From the NCBI GenBank assembly GCA_902500055.1, contig GCA_902500055.1_4131.1: a DNA stretch of 64,000 nt. One strand, given 5' to 3'. Made by a program: the position numbers and the translations under genes. Under the pieces are notes generated by a model. That model was not told where the DNA came from. It saw only the letters and a program-made list of their open reading frames with translations, and ran no database searches. Positions 1 to 8,810 of the stretch are shown here, piece by piece. The DNA comes from Escherichia coli. GTDB taxonomy: Bacteria > Pseudomonadota > Gammaproteobacteria > Enterobacterales > Enterobacteriaceae. Position 1 is the stretch's first letter. Each line of letters begins with the position of its first letter.

Positions 1-206
1 TTTACTTTGTATCTCTCTCTGGAGGGCATCAATTAACAACAGTACAGCATTCTCTTGATAGTTTGTTCCTAAGACTGAAAGCATCTTAATCTCATTTACT
101 ACGATCAACTTCTTTGAGCGTTCAATAATGTTACTATTATAAACGGCGTTACGTGCTGGATAAGTTTTTGCAAGACGAACATAATATTCATCTTTACTTA
201 AATTAA
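1..206 (-). CDS. family A small protein, partial (3' end lies beyond window start)
   Basis: Minus-strand ATG at 204-206 abutting stop of next gene; encodes LGTNYQ motif at about 47-66. Confidence 0.4.
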
Positions 207-425
207 TCATTTGCATTTACTTTTAACCTCTTTCTGTAGAGCGTCAATCCATAGATCCACATACATTTGTTGATAGTTTGTGCCTAAGAGTGCACCTACA
301 TAGAGTTCAGTTACTAGTGCGTGCTTAAGGTTAGCTTGGATGCTCTTATCGCTTGATAAGATTTTCCTTCTGCTGGTGCATGTTTTCAGGAGTCTGATGT
401 ATTCAAAGCCTTGTAAATTTCTCAT
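207..425 (-). CDS. family A small protein (C-terminal GTNYQ...SK motif)
   Basis: ORF track 72 aa; motif LGTNYQQMY...KSK shared with neighbours. Confidence 0.6.
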   Translation of the reverse strand: MRNLQGFEYIRLLKTCTSRRKILSSDKSIQANLKHALVTELYVGALLGTNYQQMYVDLWIDALQKEVKSKCK

Positions 426-649
426 ATTTTGGATACCACCTTGTTACGTAAGGCACTTAACAATACGTCAGTGTAGATGTTTTGATAGTTTGTCCCTACG
501 AAAGCACCCAACTTCATTTCAGCTATTATAACACATTTGTCCTCTTGTGCAATAGATTTGTTTAACACAATACTATACACTTTTGATTTGATAGTTTGTA
601 ACCTCCAATGATACTGAAACTCATTTAGTGTTATCATTCTCGTCTCCAT
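422..649 (-). CDS. family A small protein
   Basis: ORF track 75 aa; FVGTNYQNIY motif; stop/start overlap with neighbours. Confidence 0.6.
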   Translation of the reverse strand: METRMITLNEFQYHWRLQTIKSKVYSIVLNKSIAQEDKCVIIAEMKLGAFVGTNYQNIYTDVLLSALRNKVVSKI

Positions 650-870
650 ATCTCGGTTCTAATGTGTTGACATTGTGCTTCGATGAACATATCTATTGAT
701 TTGGCAATTGCTTTTTTATCAGTGCCTGTCATCAGTACAAGCATCTCTGCCTCACTATGAATTAAACGCATGATATCATAGGGTAATATTTCAGATACAG
801 TGTCATAGTGTTTCTGTGCCAGTGTCTGCAATAGTTTACAATACATTTTGTGATTTAGTCTTTGTCGCAT
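634..870 (-). CDS. hypothetical small protein (divergent, inside family A train)
   Basis: ORF track 78 aa, co-oriented and packed in operon. Confidence 0.45.
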   Translation of the reverse strand: MRQRLNHKMYCKLLQTLAQKHYDTVSEILPYDIMRLIHSEAEMLVLMTGTDKKAIAKSIDMFIEAQCQHIRTEIWRRE

Positions 871-1127
871 TGTTTATTCCATTCTTTTTTGGCTCTATGG
901 GTTTTATATTGGATTTGGTTTCTCAATGCTGCCAGGTATCGTAGAATGAACAGTTCTTGATAGTTTGTTCCAATGAATTTCATAAGATAAACATCACCGT
1001 TGATAACATCCAATTCAGGTGCACCATGTAATGCATAGTTTTTTCTAAGGGTGTTAAGAATAGAGAAGAGGGCGGCTTGATACTCAGAGCTTGATAAAGT
1101 TTTCATATTTTTCCACAATTCGTTCAT
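855..1127 (-). CDS. family A small protein
   Basis: ORF track 90 aa; FIGTNYQELF motif; exact start uncertain (overlaps upstream ORF). Confidence 0.55.
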   Translation of the reverse strand: MNELWKNMKTLSSSEYQAALFSILNTLRKNYALHGAPELDVINGDVYLMKFIGTNYQELFILRYLAALRNQIQYKTHRAKKEWNKQCDKD

Positions 1128-1341
1128 TTAGTTTTATCTGTATAAGATCCATTAGTTGTTCAAGATAATCGGTACAATATTTCTCTTGATATTGGGTTCC
1201 CACAAAGTACAGCAACCATAGCTCATGAACTTTAACTTTCATCTCGTTCCATGAAAGTGCATCGTCATCGTAGATTACTCTTGCTTCTGGGGTGAGCTTT
1301 CGAATTCTAAGTGAATATTCATCGTTCGTCAAGTGTTTCAT
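1084..1341 (-). CDS. family A small protein
   Basis: ORF track 85 aa; FVGTQYQEKY motif. Confidence 0.6.
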   Translation of the reverse strand: MKHLTNDEYSLRIRKLTPEARVIYDDDALSWNEMKVKVHELWLLYFVGTQYQEKYCTDYLEQLMDLIQIKLNERIVEKYENFIKL

Positions 1342-1496
1342 TTACATTTATCCCTTATTAGATTTGTGAGTGCAACTATGTGTTCATGGATATAAAAATT
1401 CTGATGAGAAGTTCCAAGAAAGTACAACATCCATCCCTCACTCTGCTCGACTTCTAGTTTAGTATCGAGTTGGTCAGATATGTTAATGAAAACCAT
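1338..1496 (-). CDS. family A small protein (52 aa, below ORF-track cutoff)
   Basis: Manual translation MVFINISDQ...LGTSHQNFY...DKCK; ATGA and TAATG overlaps with flanking genes. Confidence 0.5.
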   Translation of the reverse strand: MVFINISDQLDTKLEVEQSEGWMLYFLGTSHQNFYIHEHIVALTNLIRDKCK

Positions 1497-1720
1497 TAGT
1501 TCTTTTCCTTTCTTTCTATTTGTTTCATAAGAACATTGATATACTCACCCGCAAACCTATTCTGATACTGCGTCCCCATGAATTCCAACATCCATACTTC
1601 AGCAACCTTTTCTTCAATTTCAGTCCATTGTAAGTACATCATAGTGAAGTAAATGGTGTTCTCTTTTTTTCTGGCACTCTTAGCACGGGCCTCGTATTCA
1701 AAGTTATTAATGATGTTCAT
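1496..1720 (-). CDS. family A small protein
   Basis: ORF track (start trimmed to Met12); FMGTQYQNRF motif. Confidence 0.55.
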   Translation of the reverse strand: MNIINNFEYEARAKSARKKENTIYFTMMYLQWTEIEEKVAEVWMLEFMGTQYQNRFAGEYINVLMKQIERKEKN

Positions 1721-1934
1721 TACATTTGTCCATAATGTAATTCTTGAGTGCAACTATGTGTGCAATAACATACTCTTCCTGGAAGTTCGTCCCCAGTACA
1801 GCCATCATGCGTATATCGGTGGTGTTTATCCTGTGTTCTCTTATACATAAACCTTCTTTGTGAGGAAGTGTAAAATATTTGTTTATTGCAGCAATGATAA
1901 TTTTATTCTTCTCGGAATTACTTAAATGTTTCAT
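1707..1934 (-). CDS. family A small protein
   Basis: ORF track 75 aa; VLGTNFQEEY motif. Confidence 0.6.
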   Translation of the reverse strand: MKHLSNSEKNKIIIAAINKYFTLPHKEGLCIREHRINTTDIRMMAVLGTNFQEEYVIAHIVALKNYIMDKCNEHH

Positions 1935-2143
1935 AGTTTACTCCTGATATAATTCTGAAGTGCAATTAAGTATTCCCCTACATAATACACCTGAAAGTCT
2001 GTATCAAGGAATGCACCCATAAGTAAATCTTTTTCTAATACCCTTGATAAGTTAAGGTCTGCATTTGAAAGGTATATAAGTAAGATTTCACCCTGTGCGG
2101 AATTGAAACGTTTCTTATATTCTTCTGGTGTTAAAAAAATCAT
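1931..2143 (-). CDS. family A small protein
   Basis: ORF track 70 aa; FLDTDFQVYY motif; ATGA overlap. Confidence 0.6.
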   Translation of the reverse strand: MIFLTPEEYKKRFNSAQGEILLIYLSNADLNLSRVLEKDLLMGAFLDTDFQVYYVGEYLIALQNYIRSKL

Positions 2144-2355
2144 AATTTGCTCCTGATATATTTCTCAAGAGATGACAAATACTTTTCCTCATAATACTTC
2201 TGATAGTCTGTTCCTAAGAATGCACCCAATAGTATATCATTTTCCAATACCTCGGCTAAGTTTAAATCAGAAGTCTCTTCGTATATTATGAGGATTTCAA
2301 GTTGTCTGGCAGCGATGCGTTCAGTATATTGATATGAGTTTTCTATAATAATCAT
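2140..2355 (-). CDS. family A small protein
   Basis: ORF track 71 aa; FLGTDYQKYY motif; close paralog of 1931-2143. Confidence 0.6.
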   Translation of the reverse strand: MIIIENSYQYTERIAARQLEILIIYEETSDLNLAEVLENDILLGAFLGTDYQKYYEEKYLSSLEKYIRSKL

Positions 2356-2561
2356 AATTTACTCTTTATATCTTCTATTAAAAATCGAATCCATTCTTCA
2401 ACATAATCTTCCTGATGGTTTGTGTTCAGTACAGCTAACATGCGGATCTCTGCTCTTGCAACTTGGATTTCAGTTTTAGGAAGGTCTTTGCTGATATCCA
2501 ACATTAAGTCCATGTATTTCAAGATAAGACCTAATGATTGGGTTCGTGTTATAGTTTTCAT
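2352..2561 (-). CDS. family A small protein
   Basis: ORF track 69 aa; VLNTNHQEDY motif. Confidence 0.6.
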   Translation of the reverse strand: MKTITRTQSLGLILKYMDLMLDISKDLPKTEIQVARAEIRMLAVLNTNHQEDYVEEWIRFLIEDIKSKL

Positions 2562-2764
2562 TGTTTACTCTTTATATCTTTTATTAAATGTAAAATCCAA
2601 TCATTAACAAAACTTTCTTGGAAGTTGGTTCCCAGTCCAGCCATCATCCACCACTCCGATAGAATAAACTTTTTTTCATCCCTAGATAACTCATCTGGTA
2701 TATATATATTCTTTCTATATTCGATCATAAGATTATATAGTTGAAATTGTGTGATAATTTTCAT
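2558..2764 (-). CDS. family A small protein
   Basis: ORF track 68 aa; GLGTNFQESF motif. Confidence 0.6.
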   Translation of the reverse strand: MKIITQFQLYNLMIEYRKNIYIPDELSRDEKKFILSEWWMMAGLGTNFQESFVNDWILHLIKDIKSKQ

Positions 2765-2958
2765 AGTTTACCCGTTATATCTTCAATTAAATATGAAATC
2801 CAATCCTTGACATACCTTTCCTGAAAGTTAGTTCCAATGAATAGTGCCATAACCAATTCACGCTTATATGCAATACCACGGATATGTGACATATGTAGGA
2901 TATATGCCATGTTATTGATAAGTCTTTCGTGATGTTCTGCTTGAGTTAAAATACGCAT
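2761..2958 (-). CDS. family A small protein (first gene of operon)
   Basis: ORF track 65 aa; FIGTNFQERY motif. Confidence 0.6.
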   Translation of the reverse strand: MRILTQAEHHERLINNMAYILHMSHIRGIAYKRELVMALFIGTNFQERYVKDWISYLIEDITGKL

Positions 2959-2983
2959 AGGGACTCCATTAAAAATAATATCA

Positions 2984-3013
2984 ATCCTATAATATACGAT
3001 TCGTATAAAAAGT
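2984..3013 (-). promoter_or_regulatory. candidate sigma70-type promoter for family A operon
   Basis: Minus strand reads TTGACT-16 nt-TATTAT upstream of 2958 start; adjacent AT-rich inverted repeats at about 3100-3180. Confidence 0.4.
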
Positions 3014-3207
3014 CAATAACATTTTATTAGTAATACCCCTTTATCGAAGTCGCTAAGGTTACCCGCAGTTAAGCCCCCTACGCATTTTGCCATAGTCCAA
3101 TCCCTTTTTATTCATAAAAGTCAAGGGATTACCTATGCATTTTTTTAACGCTGAAATTTAAAAATGCCTTGACTTTTTTATGATTCAGTACTAAATCCTT
3201 TTACGCA

Positions 3208-3417
3208 TTAATCCTTCGTTACGCTTACGATTATCTGTGTATCCCCATAGTCCTGCCATACTTCCACGCCAGCCGTCGCCCTGGTTAGTCGTGCTGTCAT
3301 CTGCTTAATGGTCTTAGGCTTTAGTGGAACCTGTTGCAGTACTGTACGCATAGCACTATCGACGTTATCATGTACGCCTGCAATAGTGCCTAGAACGCTG
3401 TATACTGTATAGAACAT
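3208..3417 (-). CDS. hypothetical protein
   Basis: ORF track 69 aa; AGGAGG-like RBS upstream. Confidence 0.55.
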   Translation of the reverse strand: MFYTVYSVLGTIAGVHDNVDSAMRTVLQQVPLKPKTIKQMTARLTRATAGVEVWQDYGDTQIIVSVTKD

Positions 3418-3485
3418 ATGTATGCCCTCCTGATATAGTTAAGGCCGCTAGAGAGCGGCCTATGATGTTTGGTGATGTGTATTGC

Positions 3486-3887
3486 TTACAGCCCTAAGAT
3501 AGTACGTGCTTCGTTACGTTCCTTAGTTTGCTGCATGATGTAAGCTAACTGGTCCTTGCTAATGTATCCCTTGTCCATAGCTTCACGGATAGATACATCA
3601 TAAGCACCGAACCCCGTGCGAACGATACGCACATCATTCAGGTTAGTGTTATAGATACCGCCGAGATCAACGGATTCGAATACTGCATCAACTGTATATT
3701 CGTTGTTACCGTCATTGAAGTTTTCAATCTCAATGTTACGGGACACGGCCCAACGTTTACAGCTTCCAATGATGCGGCAATATTCAGGGTGCATATGACC
3801 ATTACTTACAGCGTGTTCAAGGCCAGCTTTACCAAAAGTCCGGGCCAGTACTAAAACGTCAGCGAAGGAATTGATTGAGAAGGTCAT
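3486..3887 (-). CDS. hypothetical protein
   Basis: ORF track; start trimmed to Met12 (MTFSINSF) with AAGGAG RBS; upstream Met lies in 5' hairpin. Confidence 0.6.
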   Translation of the reverse strand: MTFSINSFADVLVLARTFGKAGLEHAVSNGHMHPEYCRIIGSCKRWAVSRNIEIENFNDGNNEYTVDAVFESVDLGGIYNTNLNDVRIVRTGFGAYDVSIREAMDKGYISKDQLAYIMQQTKERNEARTILGL

Positions 3888-3907
3888 GATAAAACTCCTT
3901 AATTTAG

Positions 3908-3970
3908 GAGGGAGAACCATTTCCCCCTCTCTATGTAAAACATTATACTTGATTCTAAGTACTATGCAAG
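3908..3970 (-). promoter_or_regulatory. promoter plus 5' stem-loop cassette (PeSL-like)
   Basis: Minus strand: -35 TTGCAT (3964-3969), 16 nt, -10 TATAAT (3942-3947), then hairpin GGGAGAACCATTTCCCC. Confidence 0.55.
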
Positions 3971-3976
3971 TACTTT

Positions 3977-4309
3977 TTACATTTTAATACCTGGATTCAG
4001 GTAGCGGTGAGATCCATATTCTGGATCGGTTTCGGTCCAGTACTGTAAATCGATAGTACCTTTCGCGTTAATCTTGTCTACCAGCTTATTCATCTTAGCG
4101 TATACTACATCAGCATCGATGCGTTTAAAGCCAGTGGCTTTAGTGAAGTAGTAGTGATTTGCTTCACTATCATTCAGGATGTACCGAGAACCGTTTGCCG
4201 TTTGTGCGATAATGATTGAGTATTCTACGTTACGGTCGAGGCCGTCGATGAATACAGAGGAAACATTAGTACGGATGAAAGCTTTAACGATAGCGATTGA
4301 AGTAGTCAT
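3977..4309 (-). CDS. hypothetical protein
   Basis: ORF track 110 aa; RBS AGGAG upstream. Confidence 0.6.
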   Translation of the reverse strand: MTTSIAIVKAFIRTNVSSVFIDGLDRNVEYSIIIAQTANGSRYILNDSEANHYYFTKATGFKRIDADVVYAKMNKLVDKINAKGTIDLQYWTETDPEYGSHRYLNPGIKM

Positions 4310-4511
4310 TTTGAATCTCCTAACTTTGTGGGCCGTCGCACCATTGCCGCCCTACGAGATACATTATTGCAGTACTGATATACTTTGTCAATACTTTTTT
4401 TATTAATAGTTTTCACTCCACCAGCAGATAGTTACTCACCGTTATTAACTATATATTTTGGATACACTTATGCACCCTGTGGGCTAGTTTTTGTCTATGC
4501 GTATATAATAG

Positions 4512-4555
4512 CAAAGGGACTGACCGGAGTCAATCCCTTTTTTTATTCTTTTTTG
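4512..4555 (-). terminator. UNCG-tetraloop intrinsic terminator (bidirectional)
   Basis: Hairpin GGGACTGACCGGAGTCAATCCC flanked by A-run and T-run. Confidence 0.5.
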
Positions 4556-4756
4556 TTAGATGATTCTCCAATCATCAACGATCATGGTAAGATACCGAAC
4601 CAGTGATTCGAGTGATTCGTGTTCTCGATAGTCTGCCGCACCGCCAGCGGTACAAGTACAGCCGATTAAGCCGTTTTGCAATTCCTTAATCTGTACATCG
4701 ATAAGGTTGGCTTTAGCTTCTTTCAGTACTTCAACCAGGGCGATAGCGATAGACAT
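4556..4756 (-). CDS. hypothetical protein
   Basis: ORF track 66 aa. Confidence 0.55.
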   Translation of the reverse strand: MSIAIALVEVLKEAKANLIDVQIKELQNGLIGCTCTAGGAADYREHESLESLVRYLTMIVDDWRII

Positions 4757-4778
4757 AATGTTTTACTCCAAACTATTG

Positions 4779-4842
4779 GCGGGAGAACTATTCCCCCGCT
4801 CTATGTAAAACATTATACATTACTGGTTAGTACTGTCAAATA
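4779..4842 (-). promoter_or_regulatory. promoter plus 5' stem-loop cassette (PeSL-like)
   Basis: -35 TTGACA (4835-4840), 17 nt, -10 TATAAT (4812-4817), hairpin GGGAGAACTATTCCCCC. Confidence 0.55.
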
Positions 4843-4846
4843 GTTT

Positions 4847-5104
4847 TTATGAAATATCTTCGATGTAGTCGGCCCATTTCATTTTTTCAGTACTGTCAAG
4901 TGCAATCGGATTGCTAGGATCAAACCATTCACCATTCCCGCAATACATCCCCACGGCGACGGTTTTATATCCATCCTGGGCCGCACTCCACGACATTGCA
5001 CGATAGATATGGCCTTTAACTGGTTGCAGTACTGGTAACGTTTTATGGTCTTCTACGTAGGCCATAGCTTGAGGATTTACCCGATATTGTGTGAATTGAT
5101 CCAT
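4847..5104 (-). CDS. hypothetical protein
   Basis: ORF track 85 aa. Confidence 0.55.
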   Translation of the reverse strand: MDQFTQYRVNPQAMAYVEDHKTLPVLQPVKGHIYRAMSWSAAQDGYKTVAVGMYCGNGEWFDPSNPIALDSTEKMKWADYIEDIS

Positions 5105-5180
5105 TATGTTTCCCCTTGTAGTTAGTAAAGTTATTACATCAGTACTATCAAGCTATGTCAATAGTACTGAAATAAAACTT

Positions 5181-5405
5181 TTAGATTAGATTATTGAGGC
5201 CGTTGATGGTAGACTCGCTTTCTTCTTTCTCCCATTGGCGGTAGTACTTCCATGCTTCATGATATGTGGCGATTAGTTCATCTTTTTGATCCTGGTTACA
5301 TGCCAGTACTGAATCACGGTGAGCGGTGTTATAGATAGAATCGAATGATTTCTTCTCTTCTGCCAGGTTAGCTACTTCCCGCATCAGTTCATCAAAGTTA
5401 GCCAT
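5181..5405 (-). CDS. hypothetical protein
   Basis: ORF track 74 aa. Confidence 0.55.
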   Translation of the reverse strand: MANFDELMREVANLAEEKKSFDSIYNTAHRDSVLACNQDQKDELIATYHEAWKYYRQWEKEESESTINGLNNLI

Positions 5406-5421
5406 TTTATTACTCCTTTTA

Positions 5422-5482
5422 GTGGGGGAGGATATCTCCCCCTATGCAAAACATTATACTTTGTTTTAGTTATTATGCAAGT
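5422..5482 (-). promoter_or_regulatory. promoter plus 5' stem-loop cassette (PeSL-like)
   Basis: -35 TTGCAT (5475-5480), 16 nt, -10 TATAAT (5453-5458), hairpin GGGGGAGGATATCTCCCCC. Confidence 0.55.
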
Positions 5483-5736
5483 ACTTTTTTCATATAAACA
5501 TTAAATTCTACACCGCCGTAACCTTCCACGATGATATGTTTTGCGTTATCACGCTTGCACATAGTGAAACCGTTGTTGATATGTTCTGCATTTTCCAGGG
5601 ATACATCACCGATTGCAGCACATACGGCACTAATAACAGTATTCCGCAAAGTACTGGTATCATTAGCGGTCATAGTAGTTTGCAGTACTACGTTGTCGTA
5701 TACGTGTGCATTGATAGTGATTTCGATAGTGTTCAT
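5473..5736 (-). CDS. hypothetical protein
   Basis: ORF track; start trimmed to Met19 (MNTIEITI) with GGAG RBS. Confidence 0.55.
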   Translation of the reverse strand: MNTIEITINAHVYDNVVLQTTMTANDTSTLRNTVISAVCAAIGDVSLENAEHINNGFTMCKRDNAKHIIVEGYGGVEFNVYMKKVLA

Positions 5737-5754
5737 GGTGTATCTCCTGGACTT

Positions 5755-5818
5755 GAGGGGAAACCATTTCCCCCTCTCGATATAAAACATTATACGTTAA
5801 TCTAACTACAATGCAAGT
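5755..5818 (-). promoter_or_regulatory. promoter plus 5' stem-loop cassette (PeSL-like)
   Basis: -35 TTGCAT (5811-5816), 16 nt, -10 TATAAT (5789-5794), hairpin GGGGAAACCATTTCCCC. Confidence 0.55.
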
Positions 5819-5823
5819 ACTTT

Positions 5824-6015
5824 TTAAATTTTATTTCCGATATAGTCCGGCATGTTCTTTTCAGTCATACGCTTTGCTAATGTCTGCATATGGCTTATAG
5901 CGTTCAAGGTGTCTTCCTCCAGGGATGAATCAAGATAATCAGGATCATTCTTCACCTTGCAATGATTATGATAGCGTAGTACAGCCAGTACTTTTTTAAC
6001 TTCTTCAACTGTCAT
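5824..6015 (-). CDS. hypothetical protein
   Basis: ORF track 63 aa. Confidence 0.5.
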   Translation of the reverse strand: MTVEEVKKVLAVLRYHNHCKVKNDPDYLDSSLEEDTLNAISHMQTLAKRMTEKNMPDYIGNKI

Positions 6016-6284
6016 AATAAGTACCCCACTTCGTTAGCTTTCAGGTTAGTATCAATCATCAGTGGATTTTTGTAGTTCACAAAACGATTAGTTTTCTCGA
6101 TAGCGAATCCCATATAATCCAGCTTGCTTACAGTACATTCATTCTTAAAAACTTCTTTCGCTGTATCGATGGCTGATTGCATGGATAACCGCCCATCTAA
6201 ATTAATGTTTCCAAATGATCCACCAGCAGAAGTAGGATTACCGTTCATATCTTTAATGATCATAGTAGCGGAGTAGCTGGACAT
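6012..6284 (-). CDS. hypothetical protein
   Basis: ORF track 90 aa; ATGA overlap with downstream gene. Confidence 0.55.
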   Translation of the reverse strand: MSSYSATMIIKDMNGNPTSAGGSFGNINLDGRLSMQSAIDTAKEVFKNECTVSKLDYMGFAIEKTNRFVNYKNPLMIDTNLKANEVGYLL

Positions 6285-6372
6285 AATTTTGTTTCCTTTT
6301 ATTGGTGGGGGAGAACTATTCTCCCCTTGATGTAAACTATTATACAGTACTGATATACTTTGTCAAATACTT

Positions 6373-6777
6373 TTATTCGCCCATATAGATTAAGTTATCA
6401 TCGCCTACATAGGGATCGCAAACGTTGATTTCTTCGCAGTACTTCGTGAATACATCGCCATAGTGACCTAAACCACGATCCCAAAAACCAGTTCCGTGAC
6501 CTTCGCGGGTAAGGAACAGATCATGACCAGCTTGCTCATAACCGTAATCAATAAACATACCGCGAACTACTTCCAGATCATTACCGTGTTTCTCAATGAA
6601 GCGAGAACATGCAATCACCGCCGCTTGACGTGCTTCATCAGATAACTCATAATCTTCCAGGTAATCGCCGTTATCATTATGTACAGTACTGAATTGCATA
6701 GCTTCAATGTAACCAGCGACCATTGCAGCATGATTTTTATCGTTGGCGATATTCCGAGCAAGATTAGTAGTAGTCAT
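6373..6777 (-). CDS. hypothetical protein
   Basis: ORF track 134 aa. Confidence 0.6.
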   Translation of the reverse strand: MTTTNLARNIANDKNHAAMVAGYIEAMQFSTVHNDNGDYLEDYELSDEARQAAVIACSRFIEKHGNDLEVVRGMFIDYGYEQAGHDLFLTREGHGTGFWDRGLGHYGDVFTKYCEEINVCDPYVGDDNLIYMGE

Positions 6778-6861
6778 GATTTTATTCCTTTTAGTATCGG
6801 GGAGAACTATTCTCCCCTTGATGTAAACTATTATACAGTACTAAGATACTTTGTCAAATAC

Positions 6862-7083
6862 TTAATTACGTTTAAAATGATATGTACCTTTATCATCCTG
6901 TACGCCCCATACTGATTTACCATCAACACCAGTGAAGCCGGATTGTAATTCAATATGGAAACCATTATTATCAACTACAAAAACTTTTTTATTTTCATCC
7001 CGATAACATTGATATTCTGAATCAACATTAAAGGCCGCATCATTCAGACGATTGGAAGCGTAAATGCAAGTCATTGTAGTCAT
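6862..7083 (-). CDS. hypothetical protein
   Basis: ORF track; start trimmed to Met12. Confidence 0.5.
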   Translation of the reverse strand: MTTMTCIYASNRLNDAAFNVDSEYQCYRDENKKVFVVDNNGFHIELQSGFTGVDGKSVWGVQDDKGTYHFKRN

Positions 7084-7264
7084 GATTTTATTCCTTAATA
7101 TACCAGGGAGAACCATTTCCCCCTCTCGATATAAAACATTATACTTGATTCTAAGTACAATGCAAGTACTTTTTAAAAAATAGTTTTCAGTACTGAATAC
7201 TTATATAATAGATACACTTCCGCACCCTATGGGTCAGTGAGTTATCTCTCAATGGATATATAAT

Positions 7265-7300
7265 AGCAAAGGGACTGACCGGAGTCAATCCCTTTTTTAA
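7265..7300 (-). terminator. UNCG-tetraloop intrinsic terminator (bidirectional)
   Basis: Hairpin GGGACTGACCGGAGTCAATCCC 7271-7292, T-run on plus side. Confidence 0.5.
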
Positions 7301-7306
7301 TCTTTT

Positions 7307-7891
7307 TTATCGTGTTACCTTACTTGCTGCCACATCACGCTTTTTATAGTACTGATTCCAGATATTGCAGGTTAAACCGTAATCAAGTACTTTAATAAGG
7401 CCATTACGATCCTGGCCGATATTCTGTTTTCTGATATCTCTTATCGTTAGTGTTGATAATGTATCATCGACGTGTTGTAGTGCATCAGCAAAGCGGTGCT
7501 GGCGTTCGATTGCATTACGTTTAATATTGTACTTTAATTCATTGCACGCGTTTACGTGCTTCACACTACCTTTGCTTGCAGTACTCAACCGATCCATAAC
7601 GATAAACATATTATCAGGATCGCATAAATGCATATGCACCTTTGCAAAGTACTGTTTCAACTGAGGGCGGTCATAGTCTAAAAAATTCCATACCTTACAT
7701 TCAGTTTCATTTTGTTCTACACCCGCATCACAATTCGCGACCTTAATCACTAACCGATCATTTAAAGCGAAAACTATACGGGAAGAACCAGCACCGATGA
7801 TCTCCAGGCCAGCTAACCGACAAGCTGAAAGGATCTCTTTGTTGGTTTCCATTTCTGACAGTGTACGGATGAATTTAGTATAATTACGCAT
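7307..7891 (-). CDS. eukaryotic-like Ser/Thr protein kinase
   Basis: Gly-rich loop IGAGSSRIVF, VIKV lysine, catalytic loop IRDIRKQNIG, DFG-like IKVLDYG; start trimmed to Met20 with AAGGAGAA RBS. Confidence 0.7.
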   Translation of the reverse strand: MRNYTKFIRTLSEMETNKEILSACRLAGLEIIGAGSSRIVFALNDRLVIKVANCDAGVEQNETECKVWNFLDYDRPQLKQYFAKVHMHLCDPDNMFIVMDRLSTASKGSVKHVNACNELKYNIKRNAIERQHRFADALQHVDDTLSTLTIRDIRKQNIGQDRNGLIKVLDYGLTCNIWNQYYKKRDVAASKVTR

Positions 7892-7922
7892 TGCATGTTC
7901 TCCTTGAGTTAATGAAACTATA

Positions 7923-8165
7923 TTACAGTACTTTACTATCAATGGCAACTACTTTTTTAACATTAACGGCGTGGATCACTTCCTTCGTGTTTTTAGTACT
8001 GAATACTTTCGCCGCTCCTTGTTCGACCGTGATACGATAGCGACCATTAACATCAACCATATTAATAAAGTCCGGCGTGCTGAATGGTGTTGTTTTACAT
8101 TTGAGTACTGTTAACAGTTCCACCAGCGATGTAGTTTCTTTGATACGTTTTTCTAAAGTAATCAT
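7923..8165 (-). CDS. hypothetical protein
   Basis: ORF track; start trimmed to Met20; upstream 57 nt is a repeated promoter (TTGACA-17-TACTAT). Confidence 0.5.
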   Translation of the reverse strand: MITLEKRIKETTSLVELLTVLKCKTTPFSTPDFINMVDVNGRYRITVEQGAAKVFSTKNTKEVIHAVNVKKVVAIDSKVL

Positions 8166-8222
8166 TTTGTTTCCCCCGTGTTGGTATGTACATATAGTAC
8201 TAAAACATTTGAGTACTGTCAA

Positions 8223-8441
8223 TTAGATAATATTATATTTCTTTAAAGATAATGCGTCTTGGGTTGGCTGATACTCGATACCGTTCCCATTATTGACTTC
8301 AACTAATAAACCTTTGTCAATTAGTTTTTTAATAGTACGATACCCCTGTTGAAAATTGGTAAAATGTGAATCATTACGAAAGGTATAACCGTGCTTAACT
8401 GCTTCATCAATAGTTTTCTTTTCGATTTTAGATAATTTCAT
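8223..8441 (-). CDS. hypothetical protein
   Basis: ORF track; start trimmed to Met20; same repeated upstream cassette as 7923-8165. Confidence 0.5.
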   Translation of the reverse strand: MKLSKIEKKTIDEAVKHGYTFRNDSHFTNFQQGYRTIKKLIDKGLLVEVNNGNGIEYQPTQDALSLKKYNII

Positions 8442-8494
8442 TTTGTTTCTCCCGTGTTGGTATGTGTACATAATACTAAAACAATTGAGTACTG

Positions 8495-8749
8495 TCAACG
8501 TGATATTAGTTTTATTTTCTTATTATATTGTTGGTGTTCATATAGGTTTATTTTTCCTGTGTTCTCTATTACTATTCTGTTGTTAGTGTCCACATCGATT
8601 ACACGCAGTTTCCCGTTGCTTAACTTCCTTGGTAATAGGTTACCATTAATAAACTCATTAGCAAGCTGTACGGCCTTTGTGATGATTCTCTTCGGTGCTT
8701 TATAGTGTACCCGTAAGATGTTATCTTTATATAGTTGAACCTTAATCAT
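8495..8749 (-). CDS. hypothetical protein
   Basis: ORF track 84 aa. Confidence 0.5.
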   Translation of the reverse strand: MIKVQLYKDNILRVHYKAPKRIITKAVQLANEFINGNLLPRKLSNGKLRVIDVDTNNRIVIENTGKINLYEHQQYNKKIKLISR

Positions 8750-8761
8750 TTTGTTTGTCCT

Positions 8762-8789
8762 ATAAAAAAGGCGGGATCAGTTCCCGCCG
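8762..8789 (-). terminator. intrinsic terminator
   Basis: Minus strand hairpin GGCGGGAACTGATCCCGCC followed by T-run. Confidence 0.55.
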
Positions 8790-8810
8790 TGTTGTTAGTA
8801 CTGCAAGTTA

